This document shows positions 30,125 through 40,071 of a stretch of DNA of 64,000 bases, in pieces. Position 1 is the stretch's first letter. Each line of letters opens with the position of its first letter. Source of the DNA: an uncultured Aliarcobacter sp. (lineage in GTDB: Bacteria > Campylobacterota > Campylobacteria > Campylobacterales > Arcobacteraceae). The stretch covers positions 32,001 to 96,000 of the forward strand of contig OY781945.1 of the NCBI GenBank assembly GCA_963677435.1, written 5' to 3'. Under the pieces are notes generated by a model. That model had not been told where the DNA came from. It worked only from the letters and a program-made list of their open reading frames with translations, and did not search any database. The translations under genes were made by a program, and so were the position numbers.

Positions 30125-31594
30125 TTATGCTTTACCACTTAACATTCCATATTGTGTCATTGGTTTTAATAAATATACTTTTAATAACCACCAAATATAT
30201 CTCTCTTGTGTTGGATCTAAAGGAAATGATGGAGTTGGTTTTGCTGTCCAATCAAACTCTGCTAACATAACTTTTCCAATATCAGTTATTAATGGACAAA
30301 CTGTATATCCACCATATTTAGCAGTTGGTTCTTTCCCTTCCATTACTGATACTAAGTTATCAACGAGCACTTTATATTGTTTTCTAACTGAACCACCTGT
30401 TTTACCCATAGGAACAGCTGCAATATCACCTAATGAGAAGATATTATTATATTTAACATGTTGTAATGTTTCTTTATTAACAGGAACCCAACCTTTTGCA
30501 GAGCCAACAGCAGAATTTGCTATTTCATTAGGAGCTTTTTGAGGAGGAGTTATGTGTAAAAAATCAAAAGGAATATCAACATTTGCATGTTTAGTAACAG
30601 TTTCATACTCTTCTAAATCTTTATCATATTCACCTTTTTCTTGCCAATGTTTATCAAATGTTGCTATTTTCTTTGTAAAATCAACACCTGTTAAATTATG
30701 ATTAAAATTCCACTTCATATCTCTTGTAATAAACTGTTTTTCAATTGCATCTGCATACTCTTTTACGCCAAATAATTTTCCAGAATCTGTATAAAATGAT
30801 AAATCTGCATTTACTCTTGCATTTGCTTCATTTAATCTAGCATTTGTAAGATACATAACTTTTTTAGGAGCACCACCACATTTGATTGCAGTATTTGGAT
30901 CAGTGAATACACCATTTACTTTTTGTCCATCTTTTGCTTTTTGTACAAACTTTTGCATTTGTTCCCACATAGCAACTGATGAATCAATATTATAAACTGA
31001 AGTTACACCTGTATCTTTAAAAACTTTTAATATTTTAGAAGCATCTCCAGCTGTATAAGCATCTCCAACCTCTTCTAATCCTTTAATTGCTCCATAATCT
31101 AATGCAATTCCTGCTGCGATAATTAAAAAATCATAAGTTAAAGTATCTCCTGATTCTAAAGCAACTTTATTAGCATCAGGATTAAAATCAATAGCTCTAT
31201 CTTTTAAAAGGGTTACACCATTTGGCAAAAAATCTTTTGTATCATAATCAATATCTGCTTTTGTATAGATTCCAGATGCAACTAGTGTTGTTCCTGGTTG
31301 GTAACACACAGATTTTGGATTTGGTTCAACTATTGTTATATCAGGATTAGATAAAGTATTTGCTAATCTAGCAGCAGTTGAAATACCAGCTAATCCTCCT
31401 CCAATAATTAAAATTTTCCCAACAGCATCACTAGCTTTTGCTTCAGTAGCAGCTTGAGCATCACTTCCACCTCCTAATAAATAGGCTGCTGAACCAAGTC
31501 CCGCTAATTTGAAAGCTTCTCTTCTAGAAATTCCACTTTTTTTTATTTCACAATCAACTAGTTCTAAAGCTTTATCTAGTTCATTCTTTATCAT
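30125..31594 (-). CDS. Tat-exported FAD-dependent sulfide oxidoreductase (type II SQR / SqrB-like)
   Basis: Tat motif SRREAFK; GGGLAG; YQPG; KCGGAPKK; SLGD; YTVCPLIT; AEFD; AAGGAA RBS before ATG 31594. Confidence 0.8.
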   Translation of the reverse strand: MIKNELDKALELVDCEIKKSGISRREAFKLAGLGSAAYLLGGGSDAQAATEAKASDAVGKILIIGGGLAGISTAARLANTLSNPDITIVEPNPKSVCYQPGTTLVASGIYTKADIDYDTKDFLPNGVTLLKDRAIDFNPDANKVALESGDTLTYDFLIIAAGIALDYGAIKGLEEVGDAYTAGDASKILKVFKDTGVTSVYNIDSSVAMWEQMQKFVQKAKDGQKVNGVFTDPNTAIKCGGAPKKVMYLTNARLNEANARVNADLSFYTDSGKLFGVKEYADAIEKQFITRDMKWNFNHNLTGVDFTKKIATFDKHWQEKGEYDKDLEEYETVTKHANVDIPFDFLHITPPQKAPNEIANSAVGSAKGWVPVNKETLQHVKYNNIFSLGDIAAVPMGKTGGSVRKQYKVLVDNLVSVMEGKEPTAKYGGYTVCPLITDIGKVMLAEFDWTAKPTPSFPLDPTQERYIWWLLKVYLLKPMTQYGMLSGKA

Positions 31595-31695
31595 TTTAGT
31601 TTCCTTGATTTTATTAATAATTATGAATAAGGATAACAAAATAAATATAACAAGTGACTTATAAGAAAATATTTCTTTATCTTTATATTATAAGT

Positions 31696-32271
31696 TTATA
31701 TTATATTATTTAAAGCTTCTTCATAGTCATTTTTATTATTTATATTTATAAATTCACTATTATTTTGGAATTGTATTATTTTATAATTATTATTTTTTAT
31801 GAGATGAAAAATTTTATGTATATTATTTAAAATCATAGTTTTAATACTTAAACTTATATTTGATGAAAATATTCCACATAGATTATGAGTTTTTTCCGTT
31901 TGTGCAATGCAAATATCATAATCTTTTGATTCATAAATTAATTTAGATATTGTTTGAATTGATACAAAAGGAGAATCAACAGTTATTATAAATATTTTTT
32001 GATTTTGAAAAATTTTGAAAATTGTATCTAATGCTAATATTGGAGAAAAGACTTCTTTATTTTCATCAATTATTAGATATTTCTTATCTAAAAAATCAAA
32101 TTTATCAACTTTTGATGAAATATAAACATCTTTAAAGTAAGGTTTTAATCTTTCATATTGATATTGTATTAAAGTTTTGGAAGCGAATGGAAGAAGAGAT
32201 TTATCTTCTTCCATTCGTGAGCTTTTACCACCACTCAAAATTACACAAGTAATTTCAAATGGAGTAATCAT
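31696..32271 (-). CDS. mobA: Molybdenum cofactor guanylyltransferase
   Basis: LSGGKSSRMEEDK, VDSPFV, NINNKNDY; start 32271 just after leuC stop. Confidence 0.9.
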   Translation of the reverse strand: MITPFEITCVILSGGKSSRMEEDKSLLPFASKTLIQYQYERLKPYFKDVYISSKVDKFDFLDKKYLIIDENKEVFSPILALDTIFKIFQNQKIFIITVDSPFVSIQTISKLIYESKDYDICIAQTEKTHNLCGIFSSNISLSIKTMILNNIHKIFHLIKNNNYKIIQFQNNSEFININNKNDYEEALNNII

Positions 32272-32272
32272 T

Positions 32273-33553
32273 TTATAAACTTCTTGGATCTGTAATATAT
32301 CCAGAAATGGCACTTGCAGCGGCAACTGCACTATTTGCTAAATAAATTTTTGAGCTTCTTGAACCCATTCTTCCAATAAAGTTTCTGTTAGTAGTAGAGA
32401 TACAAACTTCTCCATCACCTAAAATTCCCATATATCCACCTAAACATGCTCCACATGTTGGATTTGATACAACTGCACCTGCATCAACTAAGATATCAAT
32501 ATATCCAGCTTTTTGTGCATCTCTTAGGATTTTTTGAGTTCCAGGAGTTACAATAAGTCTTACATGTCTTGCTACTTTTTTACCTTTTAAAATTTCAGCT
32601 GCAACTTTAAAATCTGATAATCTTCCATTTGTACAGCTTCCAATAAATACTTGATCAACTCTAATATTATCAATTACAGCTTGATTTACTGAGTGACCAT
32701 TTGATGGTAAAAATGGATATGCAATTACTGGATTTAAAGCTTCAACATCAATTTCAATTACTTGACAATATTTTGCATTTTCATCAGAATAATGAATTTT
32801 TGGCTCCGCTCTTAATCCACCATTTAACTCAGCTGTTTTATCTAAAAACTCTTTTGTAACATCATCATATGCAACAATACCATTTTTAGCACCTGCTTCA
32901 ATTGCCATATTACATAAAGAGAATCTATCATCCATACTTAGGTATTGAATTGTGTCACCTGTGAACTCTAAAGCTTTATATAAAGCTCCATCAACACCAA
33001 GAATTCTGATAATTTCTAAAATTAAATCTTTTCCAGTTACATAAGGACCTGGTTTTCCTTTAAAGATAACTTTGATTGACTCAGGAACTTTAAACCAGTT
33101 ACCACCAGTAATCATTCCAAATGAAATATCAGTTGAACCCATACCCGTTGAAAATGCACCTAGTGCTCCATGTGTACATGTATGTGAATCTGCACCAATA
33201 ATAACATCACCTGGTAATACTAAACCTTTTTCAGGTAAAAGTGCATGTTCAATTCCCATATCTTTTTCATCAAAGAAATATTTTAAATCATGTTTCATTG
33301 CAAAATCTCTTGAGATTTTTGCTTGATTTGCAGATGCTATATCTTTTGCAGGAATAAAGTGATCAAGAACAATAGCAAAACCTTCTGGATTTACTAATTT
33401 TTCAAAACCACCATCTTCAAATGCTTTTATTGAAATTGGAGTTGTAATATCATTACCAATTACCATATCAATTGGACTTCTTACAATCTCTCCTGCATAT
33501 ACATTATGACCAACATGCTCACTAAAAATTTTTTCTGTTATTGTTTGACCCAT
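32273..33553 (-). CDS. leuC: 3-isopropylmalate dehydratase large subunit
   Basis: DH, GADSHTCTHG, IGSCTNGR, CGACLG, STTNRNF. Confidence 0.9.
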   Translation of the reverse strand: MGQTITEKIFSEHVGHNVYAGEIVRSPIDMVIGNDITTPISIKAFEDGGFEKLVNPEGFAIVLDHFIPAKDIASANQAKISRDFAMKHDLKYFFDEKDMGIEHALLPEKGLVLPGDVIIGADSHTCTHGALGAFSTGMGSTDISFGMITGGNWFKVPESIKVIFKGKPGPYVTGKDLILEIIRILGVDGALYKALEFTGDTIQYLSMDDRFSLCNMAIEAGAKNGIVAYDDVTKEFLDKTAELNGGLRAEPKIHYSDENAKYCQVIEIDVEALNPVIAYPFLPSNGHSVNQAVIDNIRVDQVFIGSCTNGRLSDFKVAAEILKGKKVARHVRLIVTPGTQKILRDAQKAGYIDILVDAGAVVSNPTCGACLGGYMGILGDGEVCISTTNRNFIGRMGSRSSKIYLANSAVAAASAISGYITDPRSL

Positions 33554-33620
33554 ATGAATTTTCCTGTCATTTTCTAAAATTTGTTGGATTATAGCTAAAT
33601 TTATTTTAAGCTACAAAAAT

Positions 33621-34094
33621 CTAAGATTTAATCTCATTTCGCTTTTTTTCTTCACGAGATTGTTTAATTTGTTTAAAAATAATTATTATAACGGCTAAAT
33701 CTATCATTACATCTGCAATATTAAAAATTGCAAAATCAAACCAATGATGCCAATAAAAATAATCAACAACTCCACCATAAGTAAATCTATCTAAAATATT
33801 AGATAAACCACCTGCATACAATAAACCAGTTGGAATATAATACTCTTTAAAAACATTTGGGTTTTTAAATAAATATAGTGTCCCTAACAAAACAAGAACT
33901 AATTGTATATATTTTAAATAATGTTCTAAAAATGAGAACATTGAGAATGCAACACCATAATTATATGCCAGCTTTAATGACATATAAGGACCATCTACAT
34001 CCCAAGCTAAATTTGCAAATCCAAATTTAACAATCTGGTCTATTAAAAAAACAACTATAAAAATAGTTATACTTAACTTTAACTCTCTTTTCAT
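33621..34094 (-). CDS. lspA: Lipoprotein signal peptidase
   Basis: DQIVK, NYGVAFS, SNILDR, GVVDY, FNIAD. Confidence 0.96.
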   Translation of the reverse strand: MKRELKLSITIFIVVFLIDQIVKFGFANLAWDVDGPYMSLKLAYNYGVAFSMFSFLEHYLKYIQLVLVLLGTLYLFKNPNVFKEYYIPTGLLYAGGLSNILDRFTYGGVVDYFYWHHWFDFAIFNIADVMIDLAVIIIIFKQIKQSREEKKRNEIKS

Positions 34095-35425
34095 AATACT
34101 TTTTTGAAAAATGATTTTAGAGTTTCCATTGCATTATCAACATCTTTCTTATTTTTTCCCTCAAGAAGTAATCTAATTTTATTTTCAGTGCCTGAATATC
34201 TAATTAAATCTCTCATTCCTTTTTCTCTAATTGGTTTTAAAATCTCTTCTAAACCTTCAATTTTGTCTAAAGGAATTTTTTCAATTACTTTCATATTATG
34301 TAAAATCTGAGGATATAACTCAAAAGGATTTAATACTTCACTAGCTTTTTTACCTGATTTTATAATTAATGCTAATACTTGAAGTGCTGAAGCTAATCCA
34401 TCACCTGTTTTTGCCACATCTGAGAAAATAATATGACCACTTTGTTCACCACCAAAGTTGATATTTTTTTCTTTCATGATTTCAAGAACATGTTTGTCTC
34501 CAACATCAGATCTAAAAAGTTCAATTCCATTTTTTGCTAGATAATCTTCTAAAGCTTTATTTGACATTACTGTTGTTACACAAGCATTAGTATTTAAAAG
34601 TTTCTCATCTTTTAAGAAAGTACATAAAGCTCCAATTAGGTTATCTCCATCTACAACTTCACCCTTTTCATCAATAATTACTAATCTATCAGCATCTCCA
34701 TCAAGGGCAAGACCAATATCAGCTCTATATTCTCTTACAATTTTGCCAATATGTTCAGGATGCATAGCACCACAATCTTCATTAATATTAAATCCATCTG
34801 GTTTATTGTTTACAACAATTACATCTGCACCTAACTCTTGTAAAATTGTAGGTCCTACTTTATAAGCTGCTCCATTTGCACAATCAAGGACAATTCTCAT
34901 ACCACTTAAATTTAAATCTCTTGGAAATGAACTTTTAATTGATACTATATATCTTCCAATAACATCATCAATTCTTTTTGAAGCACCGATGTTTCTACCA
35001 GTTACTTGTTCAGTCTGCATTAATTCACTATCATTAAAAATTGCTTCTATTGCCTCTTCACAATCTGTATTTAATTTATTACCATGATTATCAAAAAACT
35101 TTATTCCATTATCTTCAAATGGATTATGAGATGCACTAATCATAATACCAGCATCACATCTCATACTTTCTGTTAAATATGCAATTGCAGGAGTTGGCAT
35201 TGGTCCTATTTGAATTACATCATAACCAACAGCTGTTAAACCACTAACAAGTGCATTTTCAATCATATAACCGCTTCTTCTTGTGTCTTTTCCTACAAGA
35301 ATTTTCTTAGTTGTTGAATGTTTTCTAAAATATATACCTGCAGCTTTTGCCAATTTTAGTACTGTAATTGCATCTAAAAAATCACCTGCTTTGCCTCTAA
35401 CGCCATCTGTTCCGAATAGTTTCAT
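34091..35425 (-). CDS. glmM: Phosphoglucosamine mutase
   Basis: [32 protein letters not shown]. Confidence 0.97.
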   Translation of the reverse strand: MKLFGTDGVRGKAGDFLDAITVLKLAKAAGIYFRKHSTTKKILVGKDTRRSGYMIENALVSGLTAVGYDVIQIGPMPTPAIAYLTESMRCDAGIMISASHNPFEDNGIKFFDNHGNKLNTDCEEAIEAIFNDSELMQTEQVTGRNIGASKRIDDVIGRYIVSIKSSFPRDLNLSGMRIVLDCANGAAYKVGPTILQELGADVIVVNNKPDGFNINEDCGAMHPEHIGKIVREYRADIGLALDGDADRLVIIDEKGEVVDGDNLIGALCTFLKDEKLLNTNACVTTVMSNKALEDYLAKNGIELFRSDVGDKHVLEIMKEKNINFGGEQSGHIIFSDVAKTGDGLASALQVLALIIKSGKKASEVLNPFELYPQILHNMKVIEKIPLDKIEGLEEILKPIREKGMRDLIRYSGTENKIRLLLEGKNKKDVDNAMETLKSFFKKVL

Positions 35426-35508
35426 TAAATCTTCCTAAAATTAAACTCTGTTTAAGTTACTTTAGGTAATATTCTACCCTTAAAATTTTTACAAAGAGGT
35501 TAAAAAAA

Positions 35509-35769
35509 ATGGCAAATCACAAATCTTCTGAGAAAAGAGCTAGACAAACTAGAATTAAAACAGAAAGAAACAGATTTTATAAAACTAGAATCAAGAATGT
35601 TACGAAAAATGTATTATCTGCAATCGACACAGCAGACAAAGAAAAAGCAGTTGACGCAATGAAAACAGCTAACAAATATTTACACCATTGTGTATCTAAA
35701 GGTATTATTAAAAAAGAAACTGCTGCAAGAAAAGTTAGTAGATTACAAGTAAAAGTTAACGCTATATAA
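35509..35769 (+). CDS. rpsT: 30S ribosomal protein S20
   Basis: [27 protein letters not shown]. Confidence 0.97.
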   Translation: MANHKSSEKRARQTRIKTERNRFYKTRIKNVTKNVLSAIDTADKEKAVDAMKTANKYLHHCVSKGIIKKETAARKVSRLQVKVNAI

Positions 35770-35772
35770 TTT

Positions 35773-36840
35773 ATGTTAAAAAGCAGACTACAACCATTTA
35801 TTAATAGATACGAAGAAATTAATAATTTATTAATGGCTCCGGATATTACAAATGATATAAAAAGAATGACTGATCTGTCAAAAGAGCAGTCAAATATGCA
35901 ACCTATTGTTATTAAAGCTCGTGAGTATGTTAAATTAATGGATGACATTGATGAAAATAAAATGATGCTTGATGATCCAGAACTTGGTGATTTAGCAAAA
36001 GAAGAACTCAAAGAATTAGAAACAAGAAAACCAAAACTTGAAGATGAAATTAAATTTTTAATGATTCCTAAAGACCCTAATGATGATAAAAATATCTATT
36101 TAGAGTTAAGAGCTGGTACTGGTGGTGATGAAGCTGCTATCTTTGTAGGTGACCTTTTTAGAGGTTATTTAAGATATGCAGAAAACAATGGTTGGAAAGT
36201 TGAAATCATGAGCTCAAGTGAGAGCGAATCGCATGGATATAAAGAAATTGTATTTCTAATCAAAGGTGACCATGTTTACTCAAAATTAAAGTTTGAGGGT
36301 GGTACACATAGAGTACAAAGAGTTCCTGCAACTGAATCTCAAGGAAGGGTTCACACATCAGCTATTACTGTTGCTGTTATGCCTGAAGTTGATGATGTGG
36401 AAGTAGAAATAAATCCAAATGATTTAAAAATTGATGTTATGAGAGCCAGTGGAAATGGTGGTCAATCTGTAAATACTACAGACTCGGCTGTTAGAATCAC
36501 TCATATTCCATCTGGAATTGTTGTAACAAATCAAGATCAAAAATCTCAACATAAAAATAAAGATAGAGCTATGAAAGTTTTAAAAGCGAAACTTTATGAA
36601 ATTGAGATGCAGAAAAAAATGGAATCTGAAGGTGCTACAAGAAAAGAGCAAGTTGGTACTGGTGATAGAAGTGGAAGAATAAGAACTTATAACTATCCAC
36701 AAAATAGAATCAGTGATCACAGAATCAACTTGACTTTATATAGACTTGATTACATCATGAATGATGGTCTGTTTGATGAAGTGATTGATCCTCTTATTGC
36801 TGATCATCAATCTAGACTCATCGAGGCTAATGGGTTATAA
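35773..36840 (+). CDS. prfA: Peptide chain release factor 1
   Basis: [12 protein letters not shown] motif in [18 protein letters not shown]. Confidence 0.98.
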   Translation: MLKSRLQPFINRYEEINNLLMAPDITNDIKRMTDLSKEQSNMQPIVIKAREYVKLMDDIDENKMMLDDPELGDLAKEELKELETRKPKLEDEIKFLMIPKDPNDDKNIYLELRAGTGGDEAAIFVGDLFRGYLRYAENNGWKVEIMSSSESESHGYKEIVFLIKGDHVYSKLKFEGGTHRVQRVPATESQGRVHTSAITVAVMPEVDDVEVEINPNDLKIDVMRASGNGGQSVNTTDSAVRITHIPSGIVVTNQDQKSQHKNKDRAMKVLKAKLYEIEMQKKMESEGATRKEQVGTGDRSGRIRTYNYPQNRISDHRINLTLYRLDYIMNDGLFDEVIDPLIADHQSRLIEANGL

Positions 36841-36856
36841 TCCATTAGCTTTTTTT
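36825..36856 (+). terminator. Terminator overlapping prfA stop
   Basis: GCTAATGG/CCATTAGC stem followed by T7. Confidence 0.7.
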
Positions 36857-37039
36857 ATGATAGAACTAAATAAAACTTACATTCACTACAAAAATAATAA
36901 ACCATACACTACTATAGACTTTTGTAAAATTCAAGAAAATGACATTTGGACAAAAGCTGTTATTTATAAACCAAATGATTGCGAAGAACTTTTTGTAAGA
37001 ACTTATGAAGAGTTTGAAAGTAAATTCAAACAAAAGTAA
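36857..37039 (+). CDS. DUF1653-like small protein
   Basis: YIHYKNNKPY...AVIYK...LFVRTYEEF; 60 aa; no clear RBS. Confidence 0.65.
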   Translation: MIELNKTYIHYKNNKPYTTIDFCKIQENDIWTKAVIYKPNDCEELFVRTYEEFESKFKQK

Positions 37040-37067
37040 CCAAAATGTAATCAATAGTTATTAAACT
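37036..37067 (+). promoter_or_regulatory. Candidate Pho box and -10 of pstS
   Basis: GTAAC (37036) / GTAAT (37047), 11-bp period; TAAACT at 37062. Confidence 0.6.
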
Positions 37068-37096
37068 TCTGCCATAAATAAAATGTGGAGAAGAGA

Positions 37097-38149
37097 ATGA
37101 CTTTAAAAAAAATATCAATATTATTAATTTCAAGTACACTTTTAACTACAACTTTGAGTGCAAGAGATCAAATTAAAATTGTTGGTTCTTCTACTGTATA
37201 CCCTTTCTCATCTTCTGTTGCTGAAGAACTTGGAGCAACTACTAAATTCCCAACACCTGTTGTTGAATCAACTGGAACTGGTGGAGGAATGAAACTATTT
37301 TGTGCAGGCTCTGATTTAAATACACCAGATATTTCAAATGCATCAAGAAGAATGAAAGATAAAGAATTTAAATTATGTGAAGAAAATGGTGTAACAGATA
37401 TCACAGAAGCTATTATTGGTTTTGATGGTATTGCTATTGCACAAGATGCAAAAGTTGCTACATTTAATCTTACAAAAGCTCAATTAGCTTTAGCAGTTGC
37501 AGCTGAAGTTCCATCAAAAGATGGAAAATCTTTAATTTCAAATCCTTATAAAAAATGGTCAGATATTGATGCCTCTTTACCTTCAAGAGAAATCGTTGTT
37601 TATGGACCACCAAAATCATCAGGAACTAGAGACTCTTTTGAAGAGCTTGTATTACAACATGTATTTGAGAAAATGCCAGTTTATACAGATTTATATAAAG
37701 CTAATGAAACTGCAAATAAAAGATATAAATCTTATTCAGTTCTTAGAACAGATGGTGTTTATGTTGAATCTGGCGAAAATGATAATTTGATTGTTCAAAA
37801 ATTAACTAAAAATTCTGCTGCTATTGGAATCTTTGGTTACTCATTTTTAGAAGAAAACAAAGACAAAGTTGTTGGATTAACTATTGATAATGTAACTCCT
37901 ACAGTTGATACTATCTCTTCTGGTAAATATCCAATTGCTAGATCTATGTATTTTTATATTAAAAATGCTCATGTAAAAGATGTTCCTGCTTTAAAAGAGT
38001 ATACAAACCTATTTATGTCTGAAAAGATGATTGGTAATGATGGTATTTTAACAGAATTAGGACTTGTTGTTCTTCCAAGCGATGTAAGAACTGCAGCAAG
38101 AATAAAAGTGAAAAACAGTGAGAAATTAACTTTAGATCAACTAAAGTAA
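37097..38149 (+). CDS. pstS: Phosphate ABC transporter substrate-binding protein
   Basis: GSSTVYP, STGTGGG, SNASR, SGTRDSF, YPIARSMYFY; GGAG RBS. Confidence 0.93.
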   Translation: MTLKKISILLISSTLLTTTLSARDQIKIVGSSTVYPFSSSVAEELGATTKFPTPVVESTGTGGGMKLFCAGSDLNTPDISNASRRMKDKEFKLCEENGVTDITEAIIGFDGIAIAQDAKVATFNLTKAQLALAVAAEVPSKDGKSLISNPYKKWSDIDASLPSREIVVYGPPKSSGTRDSFEELVLQHVFEKMPVYTDLYKANETANKRYKSYSVLRTDGVYVESGENDNLIVQKLTKNSAAIGIFGYSFLEENKDKVVGLTIDNVTPTVDTISSGKYPIARSMYFYIKNAHVKDVPALKEYTNLFMSEKMIGNDGILTELGLVVLPSDVRTAARIKVKNSEKLTLDQLK

Positions 38150-38155
38150 CAAATT

Positions 38156-38180
38156 AAAAAGAAGTTAACTCTTCTTTTTT
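38156..38180 (+). terminator. Hairpin/terminator after pstS
   Basis: AAAAAGAAG/CTTCTTTTT. Confidence 0.6.
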
Positions 38181-38185
38181 AGAAA

Positions 38186-38249
38186 AATATCATTGCTGAG
38201 TTTTTATCTGTTGACGCGAACAAAGAGATAAAAACTCAGCAATGATATT
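38186..38249. repeat. Perfect inverted repeat with 24-bp arms and 16-nt spacer
   Basis: AATATCATTGCTGAGTTTTTATCT (38186-38209) / AGATAAAAACTCAGCAATGATATT (38226-38249). Confidence 0.95.
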
Positions 38250-38272
38250 ACAAAACTAAGTTTAGGTTAACA

Positions 38273-40003
38273 ATGCAAAACTGGAATCAAATTATTGAAA
38301 AATTGGATTATGCTTTTCAGCCTATTATTTACTCTCATACGGGGAAAATTTATGCGGTTGAAGCACTTATAAGAAATGTTCAAAATATACCTGGTTTAAG
38401 TGCCATCGATGATTTATTTAATATGGCTTTCAATGATGATTATCTATATGAATTAGATTTGCAATTAAGAGAAAAAGCTATTCAAAAATTCTCTGAAATT
38501 AAAATTGATAATCTACGATTATTTTATAATTTAGATAATAGAATAATTTATAATAAAAACTTTTCAATGGGAAATACCTCTAAAATCCTAAAAAAATATA
38601 AACTCAATAAAAACAATATCTGCTTTGAATTAAGTGAAAAAGGTACATCTATTGAACAAAATGCTCTATCTACAATGATTCAAAGATACAAAGAAGAAGG
38701 TTTTACAATTGCAATTGATGATTTTGGGATTGGAGTTTCAGGCCTTAAACTTTTATATTTTAGTGAAGCACATATTATTAAACTTGATAGATATTTCATT
38801 TCAAATATTGACCAAGATTCAAAGAAAAAACTTTTTTGCTCTTCAATAATTGAAATGGCACATATTATGGGAATGCAAGTTATAGCAGAAGGTGTTGAGA
38901 CTGTTAAAGAGTTTTACACATGCAAAGATATAGGTGCAGATTTTATTCAAGGATTTTTAGTACAAAAACCAACTGTTGAAATAGATGAGATAAAAAGTAT
39001 TTATAATAATATAGTTACTTTAATAAATGAAGATAAAAGGAATAATCCAAATACAACAATCGATGAAGAGTTTATTGAACCAATTGTTGCACTTAATGTA
39101 AATACTTCTTTATATGAACTTTTTGTTCATGTTAAAGAATCAACTAAAAATAATTTCGTTCCTATTGTGGATGAATATGATAATTTTTTAGGAATTATTT
39201 ATGAAAGTGATATAAAAAAGATTTCTTATTCTCAATATGGATTATCACTTGCACAAAATAAAACATTCTCTTCAACTTTAATTAAATATTTAAAACCAGC
39301 ATTATCAGTTGAAATATCTTGGGGAATTGATAAAATACTTGAAATGTATAACTTAAATTCAAAAGATTCTTTAGGAATTTTTATAACTCAATCAAATAAA
39401 TATAGAGGTTTTATCAATCTTAATTCTCTTTTAACTCTATCATATAAAAGAAATATAGAAATAGCAACAAATCAAAATCCTCTAACAAAATTGCCAGGGA
39501 ATAATCAAATAGAAAAATTTATTGAAAAAACTCTTAAAAAAATACAAAAAAGTATTACGCATATTATTTATTTCGATTTTAATGATTTTAAACCATTTAA
39601 TGATATTTATGGCTTTAGATTAGGAGATAGAGCTATTTTAGTTTTCTCAGAACTTTTACAAAAGAGATATCCCAAAGACGCCTTTATTGCACATATTGGA
39701 GGTGATGATTTTTTTGTAGGATTAAGAGATCATAAATTTGAAGAGGTTTTTGAATTAACAAATAATGTTCAAGTTGAATTCAAAAATTCAATGGAAAATT
39801 TGTACTCAAAAAAAGATAAAGAAAATGGATTCATAATGGCAAAAGATAGATTTAATGTTGAAAGAAGTTTTAACTTGTTATCTGTTTCATCTGCAATTAT
39901 TGAAATAAATTCTAAATCAAATATAAATAATTTTGATTCAACACTAAATGTGTTAAAAAAAGCATCTAAGGGGTCAGCAAAGCCAATTTCAAGTATTTTG
40001 TAA
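38273..40003 (+). CDS. EAL-CBS-GGDEF c-di-GMP turnover protein
   Basis: AFQPI, VEALIR, FELSE, IDDFGIG, IKLDR, IAEGVE, QGF; CBS-like PIVDEYDNFLGII; NPLTKLPG, FKPFNDIYG, GGDDF. Confidence 0.9.
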   Translation: MQNWNQIIEKLDYAFQPIIYSHTGKIYAVEALIRNVQNIPGLSAIDDLFNMAFNDDYLYELDLQLREKAIQKFSEIKIDNLRLFYNLDNRIIYNKNFSMGNTSKILKKYKLNKNNICFELSEKGTSIEQNALSTMIQRYKEEGFTIAIDDFGIGVSGLKLLYFSEAHIIKLDRYFISNIDQDSKKKLFCSSIIEMAHIMGMQVIAEGVETVKEFYTCKDIGADFIQGFLVQKPTVEIDEIKSIYNNIVTLINEDKRNNPNTTIDEEFIEPIVALNVNTSLYELFVHVKESTKNNFVPIVDEYDNFLGIIYESDIKKISYSQYGLSLAQNKTFSSTLIKYLKPALSVEISWGIDKILEMYNLNSKDSLGIFITQSNKYRGFINLNSLLTLSYKRNIEIATNQNPLTKLPGNNQIEKFIEKTLKKIQKSITHIIYFDFNDFKPFNDIYGFRLGDRAILVFSELLQKRYPKDAFIAHIGGDDFFVGLRDHKFEEVFELTNNVQVEFKNSMENLYSKKDKENGFIMAKDRFNVERSFNLLSVSSAIIEINSKSNINNFDSTLNVLKKASKGSAKPISSIL

Positions 40004-40040
40004 CCACTGTAACCATTGTGTAACTATTTTTATTTAGTAT
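40000..40040 (+). promoter_or_regulatory. Candidate Pho box and -10 of pstC
   Basis: GTAAC at 40000, 40009, 40020 (last two 11 bp apart); TAGTAT at 40035. Confidence 0.6.
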
Positions 40041-40071
40041 ATCAATAATATTTTGTATAAAGGTAATATTA

